The notes: generated by a model from the letters alone, not told the origin. DNA of 64,000 nucleotides from Octopus sinensis (GCF_006345805.1 NC_043009.1:49538001-49602000); one strand, 5' to 3'; positions 41,252 through 54,411 are shown, numbered from the stretch's first letter. Translations and numbers: made by a program.

Positions 41252-41788
41252 TACGTATGAGTGTGAGTGTAAGAAAGTGTCTAGGTATGAACAACTGTGG
41301 GTATATATGCATGGTTACCTGAATGTAAGTGCTAATGTATGTGTATATGATCATAAGAGCGACTGTAAATGCATGTGTGTATAAAGAGGTGGGAGAAAGC
41401 ATATAAGATGTTTGCATGTGTGGTTATAAATAAAATGAGTAAAGGTATGCATGAATGTATATATGTATGTAGGTATGCATGAATGTATATATGTATGTAG
41501 AAGTGAATAAATATGTGAACATGACTGGCTGTGAGTGCATAAATGCAAGTGGTTGCATACATGTTCCTTATGTATTGTGCATGCACGTGAGCGCACATAT
41601 AGATGGGTGGGGTGGAATGAACAAACCAAACTAAACCTCAATTATTGCTGAGGACACACAGACAGATTGGACAATTGTCTGCAAAGAGGCAACGGTTGGA
41701 TCAGTGAAGATGTTAGAGTATACAGTTCAGAATAATGGATGGTAGCTTAAGAAAGAAAGAGTGCATTAACATGGGGTGTTGTGGGGTG

Positions 41789-41857
<69 letters not shown>

Positions 41858-44595
41858 AATAAAGAGCTTTCTGCAGGCGAACAACAACACATTGCATGCT
41901 ATTTCAGACCAGAGATGTTAAGGTAATAATTACTAGAACCAAATGACAATAGAGTTGGCTGTATGTGATTCAGGACAAGTTCTTAGTGAGTAAATTTTCA
42001 AGACTCCTTGAAGAATAGTAGAGATACACACACACACACGCACGCACACACACACACACATATATGTGCATACTCATGTCTACATACAAAACATCGATAT
42101 TAGACACTTGTATGCAACGAAACTGCTGGCGATTGTGGTGATGATGATTTTCTGGAGGAGCAGCAGGGGGGATTAATTTCTCGAATTTATTGCAGATTTC
42201 CAGTTTAGCCTTGTACATGTATAAGTGTGGAGAGAGAGAGAGAGAGAGGGGGAGGGATGGAAACTACCATGATTATATAATGAAGAAACTATGTAGAATT
42301 GGTATGTCACCCAGTTAGAACACAACCACCTGATTCTTCGGTGCCTTTAATAAAGTCCATTCTTTCATAAGCATTCAGGCCATGCCTGTGGTATGAGGAT
42401 AAAATCCTTCCACTTATCTTATGGGTAACACCATTTTTCCTTTGACCATTTCTTCATCAGGAAAGAAAGATAATTTTTAAAAGATTTTTTTGTGACAGTA
42501 AATCAGTGTATCTCCATCAATGTAGCTTTGGGTTGCTGTGTTTTTTTGTTTTTTTTTTGTTTTGCTAGATAAGCTGTCAGATTGTAAAAACAGACAATGG
42601 TAGGTTCAAGTATTGCTACAAATTTGTTGATCTATTTGCTGTGTTCAGTTTTGCTGAAAATTATTGTTAAAAAAACATAAACATCCTAAAACTATCTGTC
42701 GTCAATGAAATGGAAATTTTTGAATGTTTCAGTTTCATAGGATCGTTTTAAGGGTCAATAGATGGATAGATTAGAAGAATTGGACATCTGTGCAAAACAC
42801 ACACATGAACAGGCGCAAGTCACATGTGGACATATACATAGAAATACACACACAAATACACATGCAAAACTGAGAAACATCATGTCAGTGTCAGCATTGA
42901 TGGATGACTTAGCTAGAAAGAATATTTCTTCTGCACAACATTTCCCATCTGGATGATGGAAAGGGATAGTTAAAAAAATGCTGAAGTAATGCCAATAGCA
43001 ATGGGGAAAAATTGTTAAAAAAGCAAAACAGAAAAAAAAAAAAAAAAAAAAGGTTTTTGACATCAATGGAGGAAATCAACTGTTTCTTAAAAGACAAAAC
43101 TAAAAACTAAAAGGAAAAAAAAAAAATTAATCAATTACTTACTCAATAAAATATCGAAAAGGTACAATTTCCCTTTAGTGCTCAGAACAGATATAGATCA
43201 TATGAACATGTCTCTGTGAGACCATTGGTTGACAACAGTAACAATGAGAAATGTCACCGGCAATGAATTGGAAACCCAATGCAACAAGACAGGGGTTGTT
43301 ACCCTATATCAGTTGAAACTACCATTTTCTATATAATCTGTATTTGATGATGTACAGGCAAGATGTCACGAACGGATAAAATTACTGAGGAAAACTACCT
43401 GCTTTTCTTTTCTTCCAGCCATGGCCAATCCATCTTTTTGGATATCAAGAACTACTTTACCTAATGTGTCCGTCCTTTTCCAAGGTGGTGAGATGAAATG
43501 AGAGAATTTAGCTACTATTTTGAAAATGTTGAGTAGCCACATAGATGCATAAAGATTCTTTTATTCTCTTAAATTGCTGTTATATTGATTCAAACCAGCT
43601 GCCAGCATCTTAATGGGTTTCTGTGAATCAACATCTTCATCTAGATTGCTTAGCTTCCATTGTAAAGGGAAAAGATGATTACATGGGAAGTTAACTGCAA
43701 CAGACTGATACCCTATCCAAGAGGGATTAATCTCTCTTCTACTTCATACCACAAAACAAAAGCTAAACACTAGGCTCTTGAGGGGTCCTTTGAGAACCAG
43801 GAAACATTATTTTAAATATCATATTTGATGTTGCTGTTGCTTAGGATAATCTAGAACTGCATTATTGAATGTGTTCTTCCCTTTTTGTAAGGTGGTGGTG
43901 TTGGTGGGGTAATTTCAGAAAATTTTGGTTGCTATGTCTACTATGATGAGATATTGTGTAGAATTTCCCTAGCTGACTAAGTATTTGAAAAAAATATTTG
44001 AGGCTTCAATTTCTAGTAATTGCTCAACCCATTACTTTCCTCAGTTCAGAATGTGTCGCCTGGGTAAAGATAAAAAGTTTAGATTGTAGAAGAGTGATGC
44101 TGGGTAGGTGGATGGGTGGAAGATGATATGAAAGACGCAGCTAAATTGCTTCATTTCTTAATTCATTCCATTTCTACCCAGACTGCAACTAGAGACGCTC
44201 ATTCTGAAGCTGAACTGGTTCACCCACCCTGAAGTGTTAAATTAAGGGTATCCCTTCTAGTGAGCATCACTGACAATACGACTGTAATTAAGTGAAGTGA
44301 TGAGCCATTATGATAAAAGAAAGAAATAAAGCCTATAAATATATTCTATGTTAGCTACATGCGCACACAAACACACACAGCTTGCATATTACTGTATAGA
44401 ACCCATCTCCCTTGCTAATGGATTTCTGTTCTTATACACTTATCAATATGTTCCTTTAGAGATACATATGCACACATATACATGTGTATGTATGTGAGAG
44501 AGAGAAAGAGAGAGAGAGAAAGAGAGAGATAAAAACACGATTTTAAAAGGGAATATCATGTGTGTATGTGTTTGTGTGTATGTATGTGTGTGTGT

Positions 44596-44796
44596 AGAAA
44601 CGCTAGCATGCCGTGCGAAATGCGTAGCCGTATTTCGTCTGCCGTTACGTTCTGGGTTCAAATTCCGCCGAGGTCGACTTTGCCTTTCATCCTTTCGGGG
44701 TCGATAAATTAAGTACCAGTTATGCACTGGGGTCGATGTAATCGACTTAATCCCTTTGTCTGTCCTTGTTTGTCCCCTCTGTGTTTAGCCCCTTGT
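44596..44796 (+). mobile_element. Family B SINE, slightly truncated
   Basis: Near-identical to 51545-51750, with B-box GGGTTCAAATTCC. Confidence 0.9.
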
Positions 44797-45285
44797 GCTC
44801 TTTTTAAAAATGAGTAAATCTGTCTCACACATATACACACAACATTTAAATGTGCACACACATTCGCATGCATATATGTTCGCACATACATGTATATGAT
44901 ACATATGCAGACACATATATTTACATATAAGAATGGTTCTCAAACACTGTTGACAAAATGGGATTCTTTTATTGGATCAAGTGAATTACATATTCATTAA
45001 ATTAACATATAAGCGGAAGAGTATTCCACAGACAGGCAGAACCAACATGACATGATATGTGGCAAGGCTGTACACTTGAATGAAAGGAGCAATACCTTCA
45101 AGGGGCTTCTATGCGGTTTCCATCAAGCCATTTTCACTTAAAGTGTACGAGTCAACCTAAGACTACAAGAAACTGATGCTTGCTCAACATACCATGCAGC
45201 AGGATTAAAAGCGAGAACTTGTGATAGCAAAGAAACTTCTTAACCATTTAGCCATACTAGGTTTATACTCACACATTGACTGGCT

Positions 45286-45565
45286 ATGATGCAAAAGGCC
45301 ATAGAAAGATCCTTGCTAGGAGCATCATTATGAAAGCATATTCAAAATGAGATAATTCAAGAATGGCGCGAAGTGAGCGATGTGAGTGCGGAATGCTGAA
45401 AGCCCAAGTTCCGCAGAGCTGGACATGTCTCAAGGTTCACGGACAACGAGTGGACCCACGAAGTTGCTGAGTGGTCACCAAGAGATCAGGAAAGGCCACT
45501 TGGAAAAGCCTCCATATGATTTAGTTAAGCAATTTGGGTCAAGATAGAAAAGAGTGGCACAATCA
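45286..45565 (+). pseudogene. Decayed RTE-clade LINE ORF C-terminal fragment
   Basis: Translates MMQKAIERSLLGASL*KHIQNEII...KFRRAGHVSRFTDNEWTHEVAEWSPRDQERPLGK, then after a frameshift DLVKQFGSR*KRVAQ. This matches the RTE QRAMER.MLG.SL..HIRNE / WAGHV.R..D.RW...EW.PR..KR..GRP motifs. Contains stops. Confidence 0.8.
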
Positions 45566-45669
45566 TCTCTCTGACAGTCACCTTGTTCCTTGAAGATATG
45601 CCTTCATTATCTTTCTCTCTCTCTCTCTCTCTCTCTAGCTGAAGAAGTTACGTATCTCCTACTTAGCAC

Positions 45670-45940
45670 TTGCTACTGTCCCTTGATCATACCCTTACAT
45701 TGAGTTGAGTGGGGGAAGGTCTTGTCCTTGTCAGCACTTGGTGAACTCTGTAGTGTTAGGGCCATGAAAACAGCAACTAGTACACTCTGTAAAGAGATTG
45801 GCATTAAGACAGGCATCCATCTGTAGAAACCATGCCAAAGAAGATATTGGAGCTTGGCACAGTCCTCTTGGCTCACTGGCTCCTGTCAAACCGTCCAGAC
45901 CGTACCAGCATGGTAAAAAGGACTTCAAACGATGATGGAA
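45670..45940 (+). mobile_element. Diverged family C SINE-like copy
   Basis: ggcatccatctgtagaaaccatgcc...ccagcatgg...aaacgatgatg resembles 1560-1700. Confidence 0.7.
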
Positions 45941-47302
45941 GTATCTTGAAATACATCTGATATAGAGATATATTTCTAGATACATGAGTGTGTATGTGTG
46001 CGCTTGTGTACATGCACACACACACACACACACACACTGTGGTTTAGAGTCAGAACACCCAAGTAAAGTTGGCTACCACCTGATGAATTCTCTTGCCAAA
46101 AAAAAAAGCTGATCATAAAAGTATATGAGTGATTATGCTAGCATTTCTATCGATGTATCTAACTGATGTATCAATAGATGTTTCTAATTGTTCATAGACA
46201 CACATACATAAAACTGACATGATATAGACAAAGTAATGTATTCATACAGGCTTCCCTAGATTATGATTTACAGCATAATGACGTCATAGCAACACACATA
46301 CACACACATATACACAAGCACTAATACATTCATATATATGAATATATATCACTAACTACTCAGATGCTCTAAATACCCATATAAATGAATTTGTATTAAT
46401 ATATGCAGAAATCTATAGAGCTCTGCTTGTCTATACATGTGTGTATAAATTTCTGTGAGGTGTATATGTGCCTCTGTGTGTGTGTGTGTGTGAGCATGTT
46501 GTTTGTGTGTATATACACACACACACTAATGAAATATTCATAGAACAGACATACAAGCTCAATTTTAATACATTACTCTATGTCTGTATACACACATCTA
46601 GCACCATGGTAATTACATATCTAGATTGCATACCACTGTAACCACAAAATATGACTGTAACACACACACACAAACAAAATCCCCATACAATGATTTAATT
46701 TTTGAACATATTTTTGAAATTAAAAAAAAAAATTTTAGAAAAATAATTAGAAAAATAAAAGTAATTACAATAAATAATTAAATAATAATAATAATAATAA
46801 TGATAATAATTTCATTTAAACAATTTTCTATAATACAAATATAATAAAATAAAGTTGATGATGATGAAGATGATGATGACCAAGTACCGGGGCTTTATAA
46901 ACAGATTACAATATAGTTTTACATTCACTGATAACTATAACAAGGGATAATTAAACAAGGACTACACTGAGTGACTTGTCTTACAGTTAGCACTGATATA
47001 TATATATAATATCAGTGCTTATTGTATTACAGATATGATGACAATAGGGGAATTGAGGGATGTAGCTGGGAGTGGAGCGGTATGCCGATTGTGAACTGAT
47101 GTTGGGGAAGGAGGGAGGAATAAAAATGAGGTAACATGATTGCATGTGTGTGTATGTGTGTGTAGGTGCTTGTATACATGCTTGTGTGCATATGTAAAGG
47201 AAGCTACATAGGGAAAGTAAAGAAAAAAACTGCAAAATGCATGGCACAAAGGTTTCATATCTATCTATCTATATATATATATTATACATATATATATACA
47301 TA

Positions 47303-47356
<54 letters not shown>

Positions 47357-47458
47357 CGGAGTAAACACAAAAATGTGAAACAAGGTGGAAAAAAGAGTAC
47401 TCAAATACCAGGGGTAGAGTAATATGCTTTATTTAAAAGCAGCAGAAATTCAACAAAC

Positions 47459-47496
47459 CTGTTACTCGGAGTTTCACGTTCCCGTTCGTTGGACAG
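47459..47496 (-). ncRNA. Degenerate minimal type I hammerhead-like motif
   Basis: CUGU CCAACGA ACG GGAA CGU GAAA CUCCGAG UA ACAG. Helix I (CUGU/ACAG) and helix II (ACG/CGU) are intact; the core is mutated. Confidence 0.45.
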
Positions 47497-47525
47497 TTTT
47501 GTCTAAAAAAAAAAACAAAAAAAAG

Positions 47526-47563
47526 CTGACCGAAAAACGGGTACGCGAAACTCCGAGTAACAG
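47526..47563 (+). ncRNA. Degenerate minimal type I hammerhead-like motif
   Basis: CUGA CCGAAAA ACG GGUA CGC GAAA CUCCGAG UA ACAG. The core deviates from CUGANGA. Confidence 0.4.
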
Positions 47564-47594
47564 GTTTTGTTGAATTTCTGCTGCTTTTAATAAA

Positions 47595-47653
<59 letters not shown>

Positions 47654-48917
47654 CATATAGATAGACAGACAGGCAGGTAGGCAGACAGAGAGTTATAAGC
47701 TCAGACATAGGCTATAGATGCAAGTATGGCTTTGTGGTTAAGAAATTTGCCCCTTACCCACGTGGTCTTGGGGTCAGTCCCACTGGGCAGTATCTTGGGC
47801 AAGTGTTTACCATGGCTTCGGCTGACTGAAGCCTTCTGACTTCATTTAGTTAACAAAACATTTATATGATCTTTTATTTTGTTCCAATCATGCTGGAACA
47901 CTGCTTTGAAGAATTTTTTTTAGTTGAATAAATCGACCCTAGTACCTATGATTTCTTTTTTAACTGTGTTACTTATTTTGTTACGCTACTAGGTTTTATT
48001 GGTCAGTTGTCCTAAGTGGGGAAAAAAGCACAGTCTAAAAGAAAATTTGATCTGATGCCTGAATAAATATATATATATATTTATATATATGTGTGTATGT
48101 ATACATACACACACACACACATACATTAATATTTCACTTGGCATTGTGATACTAATAACCTGATTAAGAACTCAACACACAATTCCTTCGGAAGGAAACG
48201 ATAGTCAAGTACAGAGTGATAATAAGAAAATGATATGACAAAGGAATACAAAATTATATATATATGTGGGTGTGTGTGACATGGATTTTAAAAGATGATG
48301 ATTACATTTACATATACATACATATATATATATATATTATATATATATAAATTAGAAACACAGAGAGAGAAAGAGAGAGAAGAAAGTGAGTGAGTGAAGA
48401 TGACAAATACGATTGGAGGGATAGAGATAAAAGATAGAAAGACAATGTGAAAGTGAATGAGAAATAACAGTAAAACTGAGGCAGAAAGGAAAAGAATAGG
48501 TAGATGGAGATAAATAGAGGATGTGTTGGCAGTGGTGGCGGGGTTGATGGTGGTGGTGGTGGTGCCTGCAGCAGTGGTGATGGGGAAGGAAACGAAGAGG
48601 CCAATTCTGAAATTGATGTAATTTATTTCCGAACATGAGTGACTATTTTCAGTGGTGAACTGAAGTGACAGCCAGAGTATTTCAGAATTTGCCGAACATG
48701 AGATTTAATTTTTCAATTTGAAACGGCTCTCACTTTGCCAATACAAAAGATTTTACCTAATTTTGATGGGAAACCATGTGTGCAGGACATAACTAATTGC
48801 ATTTTGCAGTACAAATTCTTAATTTGCCAAAGTTAAAAAGGAAAGAATTGCACACATGCATTGTGTGTGTGTGTATATTAATTTATATAAATATATGTGA
48901 GTGCATGTGAGCATACA

Positions 48918-48963
<46 letters not shown>

Positions 48964-49758
48964 TATACAGACATACACACAGTATATATATATATATATA
49001 CATACATACACAGTTATATATATATATATACATACATACAAACACACAGTTATATATATATATATATATATAGTATACATCACAGTATATACATATATAT
49101 ATATATATATACATACACACAGTTATATATATATATATATATATACATACATACATACATACATACACGCACACACACAATTATGTATATTATATATAAC
49201 TGTGAATCTCATGAACGATGCTGCTATTGATGATGATGATGATGACTGCAACGACAGTGATAGTAGTGATGATGATGTTTCAGTTACTGTAGATGATGAT
49301 ATTAGCAGTGGTGGTGGTGGTGACAGTGGTGCTGCTGCTGCTAGTGATGGTGATATTAATAGTTGTAATAGTAATAATAGTAACAGCAAGAAGAGCTGTT
49401 AATATGAAATCCAAAATCTATATCTGTCACAGATCAAGACAAACAGATGCCAATAATTCAATCTAAAGAGTCAAGGTTTATGGCACATTTCTTTCACATA
49501 CCTGAAGCTTTAGAGATACAGGAGAAAGAATGTCGGAAGTTGTGAAATGTATGCCTTTCTTAAAGTGCCATTAGTTGGTAGAAGTAAAAACCTCTATCAA
49601 CAAGCTATTTCTATAGCCTGGTTTTCATTCTCAAGATTGAAATTGCATGAAAGGACAAAACTAACTCATAGGATATATTTTACTTAAAGAAATACAAAAG
49701 GACAAAAATGATACATTTCTGATCATCGATCTACTGGATCGGGCCAGACCATGAATTA

Positions 49759-50277
49759 ACAACAATACTGTGTATGAATAACAGATGGGAAGATTACGGA
49801 TGGAACATCTCTGATCATAGTTTGGGTTGATTAGGTCCAACCTGGGGCTCAACAACAACTATTTTCTGTGCAACCCCATTTAGACCTAAAAATAATACCT
49901 ATTTCTTTACTACCCACAAGGGGTTGTAATAGTAAGAGGACAAACAAGGACATACAAACGGATTAAGTCGATTATATCAACCCCAGTGCGTAACTGGTAC
50001 TTATTCAATCGACCCTGAAAGGATGAAAGGCAAAGTTGACCTTGGTGGAATTTGAACTCAGAACGTAACGGCAGACGAAATACGGCTATGCATTTAGCCT
50101 GGCGTGCTAGCGATTCTGCCAGTTCACCACCTTTTTACAACAATACCATGTATGAATAACAGATGGGAAGATTGCGGATGGAACATCTCTGATCATAGTT
50201 TGGGTTGATTAGGTCCAACCTAGGGCTCAACAACAACTATTTTGTGTGCAACCCCATTTAGACCTAAAAATAATACC
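49759..50277 (-). mobile_element. Family B SINE (49900-50133) flanked by 141-bp direct repeats (49759-49899 and 50137-50277)
   Basis: The SINE matches the other family B copies. The flanking repeats differ by 5 substitutions. Confidence 0.9.
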
Positions 50278-51068
50278 GATAAGTAGTATTGGTTGCAGTT
50301 TACCAGACCATGGGAAAGAAACAACCCTTTATTCAACAGTGAGTGAGAGAAACGTCATGCCATATCGGAATTGAGCAACTGGGAGATGTCGATCCAACCC
50401 ACACTATCAAACCTCACAGGAAAGAAAATGCAGCAACAAAAATATGCTAGGGCAAAGGAAAGCATGCATTTAATTATTCAAAAAGCTTAGAAAGCCTGGG
50501 ATTTCATGTGTGCAAGTAGCATAGAGAAGTTAACATAATTACTGTAGGGGTCGGCAACAGTTAATTAAACTTTTCTTTTATTGCATTTTCTTTCCTTTTT
50601 CACCTCCTCCCCTTTTCTCTCTTTATCCAATTCTCTCTCTTTCTCTGTTGCTCTGTCTCAATACAGCATTAAAAATGCCAAAGAATTTAATGAATAAAGC
50701 ATTGCCACAGATTAATCCCACTGATTAACGATCACACCATCATATGAATGAATAGGAGAGGAAGAGATACCAATACAAAATCATATTCCTTTGTCGCCAA
50801 ATTAACAGAGACACATATTTATAGATGCTTTCACATTCCCCGGAAGTTTTCTCCCTTTTCAAACATCTGGTATCTATTCATACGGCTTTTTAAATTCATT
50901 CTGTCTGTGTGTCTATCTAACCCCTCTACCCACCACCTCACCTTGCAAACATCCCACACCACGACTACCACGGGATAAAAACCAAACAGAGGCATGTTAC
51001 GTAAACATTAAAACGTCAAGTCACATGTGCTTAAAGATCATTATATACAGTACAAGTATGAGGGAGAG

Positions 51069-51099
<31 letters not shown>

Positions 51100-51144
51100 G
51101 GTATACAGATGGATATATAAACAAATCCAAATAAAGAATAGCTA

Positions 51145-51430
<286 letters not shown>

Positions 51431-51530
51431 GTTATGTAGAAAACTGTATGTGCTAACGTGCTTACATATTTATCTATGCGTGTGTGTGTGTGTAGGCAGC
51501 AGCATAGATAGGTATGTATGTATGTATGAA

Positions 51531-51764
51531 GGCGGTGAGCTGGCAGAAACATTAGCACGCCGGGCGAAATGCGTAGCCGTATTTCATCAGCCGTTACGTT
51601 CTGAGTTCAAATTCCGCTGAGGTCAACTTTGCCTTTCATCCTTTCGTGGTCGATAAATTAAGTACCAGTTACGCACTGGGGTCGATGTAATCGACTTAAT
51701 ACCTTATGTCTGTCCTTGTTTGTCCCCTCTATGTTTAGCCCCTTGTGGGTAGTAAAGAAATAGG
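51531..51764 (+). mobile_element. Full-length family B tRNA-derived SINE
   Basis: Starts GGCGGTGAGCTGGCAGAAAC, has B-box GAGTTCAAATTCC, ends AAAGAAATAGG. ATAGGTATGTATGT occurs near both ends (probable 14-bp TSD). Confidence 0.92.
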
Positions 51765-51992
51765 TATGTATGTGTGCCTGTGTGCCTGTTTACATTTAGG
51801 AGGAGTCTATGAAAGCTGTCCGAGTTGATTAGTATTATTGCTAATGTGGCATCTCCTGTCAACAAACAGCCTGCATGTTTTGCGAGTTCAAAGACATGCA
51901 AGACAAGAGGGCCCCTTTCATGAAAAGCACATAAGGAAGAGTTAGCAAACAGGGAAGGCATCCAGCTGTAAAACAAATGCCTCTATAATATA

Positions 51993-52213
51993 TATTTCTT
52001 TACTACCCACAAGGGGCTAAACATAGAGGGGACAAACAGGGACAGACAAAGGGATTAAGTCGATTACATCGACCCAGTGCGAAACTGGTACTTTATTTAT
52101 CGATCCCGAGAGGATGAAAGGCAAAGTCGACCTCGGCGGAATTTGAACTCAGAACGTAGCAACAGACGAAATATCGCTAAGCATTTTGCCCGGCGCGCTA
52201 ACGTTTCTGCCAG
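51993..52213 (-). mobile_element. Family B SINE with a 14-bp TSD (GCCTCTATAATATA at 51979-51992 and 52214-52227)
   Basis: Reverse-complement match to 51531-51764, with an exact flanking duplication. Confidence 0.92.
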
Positions 52214-52658
52214 GCCTCTATAATATAACCATCTAACCCATACCAGCATGGAAAAACGAATTGAAAAACAAAAGAATGAAACAGGCACATAATAGGAGAA
52301 AGAGAGGATATTCGAGATATAGAGAGAGAATAAATTAAAAACACACAATAACAAAAAAAAAATTGTCTACATTGGTAGAGAGACTAGTTGTTTCTTCATT
52401 GTATGCTGACAGCATTTAAAAGGCTATTTGGTTGTTTTTTTTTGTTGTTGTTGATGTTCTATTTTCTTTGTTATTTTTCTGCTTTTGGTTAGAAGAAATA
52501 GTGGAAGAACAAAGTAACCAAGTACTTATTTTATCAGCTGATTAGAGGGAAGAAGAGAAAAAGAATAGATGATGGTGATGATAATGATGATGATGAAGAT
52601 GAAGAAATGGAGCAGGGAGGAAGAAATATATATATATATATATAATATATATATATTA

Positions 52659-52700
<42 letters not shown>

Positions 52701-52834
52701 ATATATATATAATAAAAAAAAATCACAGAATCAATTAATCAATGTGTAATATAGGATGTGCATATATTTTCATGTATTGATCAGTATGTTAACTATTGAC
52801 CTCTCAACTATATAGATCACCGATGATGATGATG

Positions 52835-52870
<36 letters not shown>

Positions 52871-53885
52871 GCAACAATAAAACAAAAGTTTTGTCAATCA
52901 AGAATATACAGATTGATGTATTCATAAAAACAGAAAACACAAAATGGAAGAAGCGTACATATTATATATGTATGTATGTATGATCTATATACACACACAC
53001 ACATGCCACACAATATACTTATAAACACACACACACACACACACATAGATGGACAAACATGATAAAAGTAAAATTTATCTTTACTTACAAAGTGAAAAAT
53101 GGGAGGTGGGGAGGGAAGGAGAAAGAGAGAGAGAGAGAGAGAGATGGTGGTAAAGAGGAGAAAACTGTTTTTCCAGAGACTATGCTAGTAAATAATAAAA
53201 GTAATCAATGGAGACCTATGAGAGTGGAACAAATAGTGTAGGGAGTACTATAGTTGCTATGAATATCATATATAGATATATATATATAGATATATATATA
53301 TATATATATATATATGTATAGGTAGACTACAGAGATCTGTGGAATGAGATTGCTCTCACAATAGTACATACAGGTAGTATATAATCTATAACGAGCAGGT
53401 ATAAGAGAAATTTATGTATTGTTGTTATTGTTGCTGTCGGTAGTTTAGCCCCATTTATGTCAGCACCGATAAAGCAGATCTATGAACAATGTGTATTCCA
53501 GCCATGGCTACCATTTTCTTTCTCTACTTTCTTCTTTGTTTTGTTTTCAATCACAGTGGCTTTAAAACTACATTTTTCAATGTATCCACTTTTCTTCAAA
53601 GATTGGAAGGGTTAGATTTCATGAAGATCGACCCACAAGTTACAAAACTGATTCAAGGAGTCAAGAGTTTCATGCTATGCCAATTGAAAATAATAAACAT
53701 ATGCATATACCCATGTATTGAGTTCTAAATAGCCTGTTTGTTCCACCAATCCTATGTGTTTATTATGTGTATGCATGCATATTTGATGTATGTATGTATG
53801 TATGTGTGTGTGTGTATATATATATATATTATATATATATATATTTATCTGTAAATGTGATATGTGACAATTATTCGGTAGCCAA

Positions 53886-53945
53886 GATAAACTCCGAGTT
53901 TCGGATGCCGAGGTGGAAATCCATGCCACCATCTCTTCAGTTGTC
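53886..53945 (-). ncRNA. Type I hammerhead ribozyme motif, helix I imperfect
   Basis: GACAA CUGAAGA GAUGGUGGCAUGGAUUUCCACCUCGGCAUCC GAAA CUCGGAG UU UAUC. The core is intact and helix III is near-palindromic (CUC-G-GAG). Confidence 0.6.
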
Positions 53946-53970
53946 TGACCATCAGTTTTTCCGATGGCTG

Positions 53971-54031
53971 GATAACTGAAGAGATGGTAGGGTGGATTTC
54001 TACCTTGGCTTCCGAAACTTGGAGTTTTATC
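53971..54031 (+). ncRNA. Type I hammerhead ribozyme motif with intact core
   Basis: GAUAA / CUGAAGA / helix II region containing GGUAG:CUACC / GAAA / CUUGGAG / UU / UUAUC. The 5-bp helix I GAUAA:UUAUC is perfect. GUU triplet at 54024-54026, predicted cut after 54026. Confidence 0.7.
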
Positions 54032-54189
54032 TTGGCTACCGAATAATTGTCACATATCACATTTACAGATAATTTCCTCTATTTACATAATATGGAGGTC
54101 TTGTTCTTTCTTTCTTTTGTTATCTTACCGTTTTTATCAATATATATACATATATATATATGGGATAAAAGGATAACAATTCCTCTCAA

Positions 54190-54411
54190 ACCCTATGGAC
54201 TTATAAGGGCCAGTTTCCCACTTTCCATAGAATAAATATTCCCCACCTGGAAGGGATTCTGGTCTGTCACAGGATCGCTCATTTTGCCAGCTGAGTGGAC
54301 TGGGCCAATGTGAAATGAAGGCTTTTCTTCAAGAAAATCCTTCATTGCCAGGTTCACTAATTGAAACCACAATCTTACAATCATGAGACCACCACCCTAA
54401 CCACTAAGCTA
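54190..54411 (-). mobile_element. Older tRNA-derived SINE, family D
   Basis: Minus strand starts TAGCTTAGTGGTTAG (A-box), has a degenerate B-box, then a CCAGTCCACTCAGCTGGC central motif. Confidence 0.65.

Larger units (their letters stand above)
47353..47595. mobile_element. Penelope-like terminal-repeat remnant with an asymmetric inverted repeat (arms 47427-47496 and 47526-47595)
   Basis: About 70-bp inverted arms around an A-rich spacer. The left arm extends ~75 bp further. (TA)n flanks both sides. Each arm has a degenerate hammerhead-like motif. The Penelope-like assignment is inference. Confidence 0.6.
53845..54072. mobile_element. 228-bp fold-back element (arms 53845-53953 and 53963-54072) carrying two hammerhead motifs; probable Penelope-like terminal-repeat derivative
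   Basis: The outer 44 bp of the arms are identical. The inner part has about 11 substitutions and 1 indel. The loop is 9 nt. (TA)n lies on the left flank. Confidence 0.75.

Noticed and set aside
11275-41500. Short local tandem duplications (near 11275, 21960, 30920, 40975, 41440)
   Set aside because: Ordinary slippage-type duplications in low-complexity DNA.
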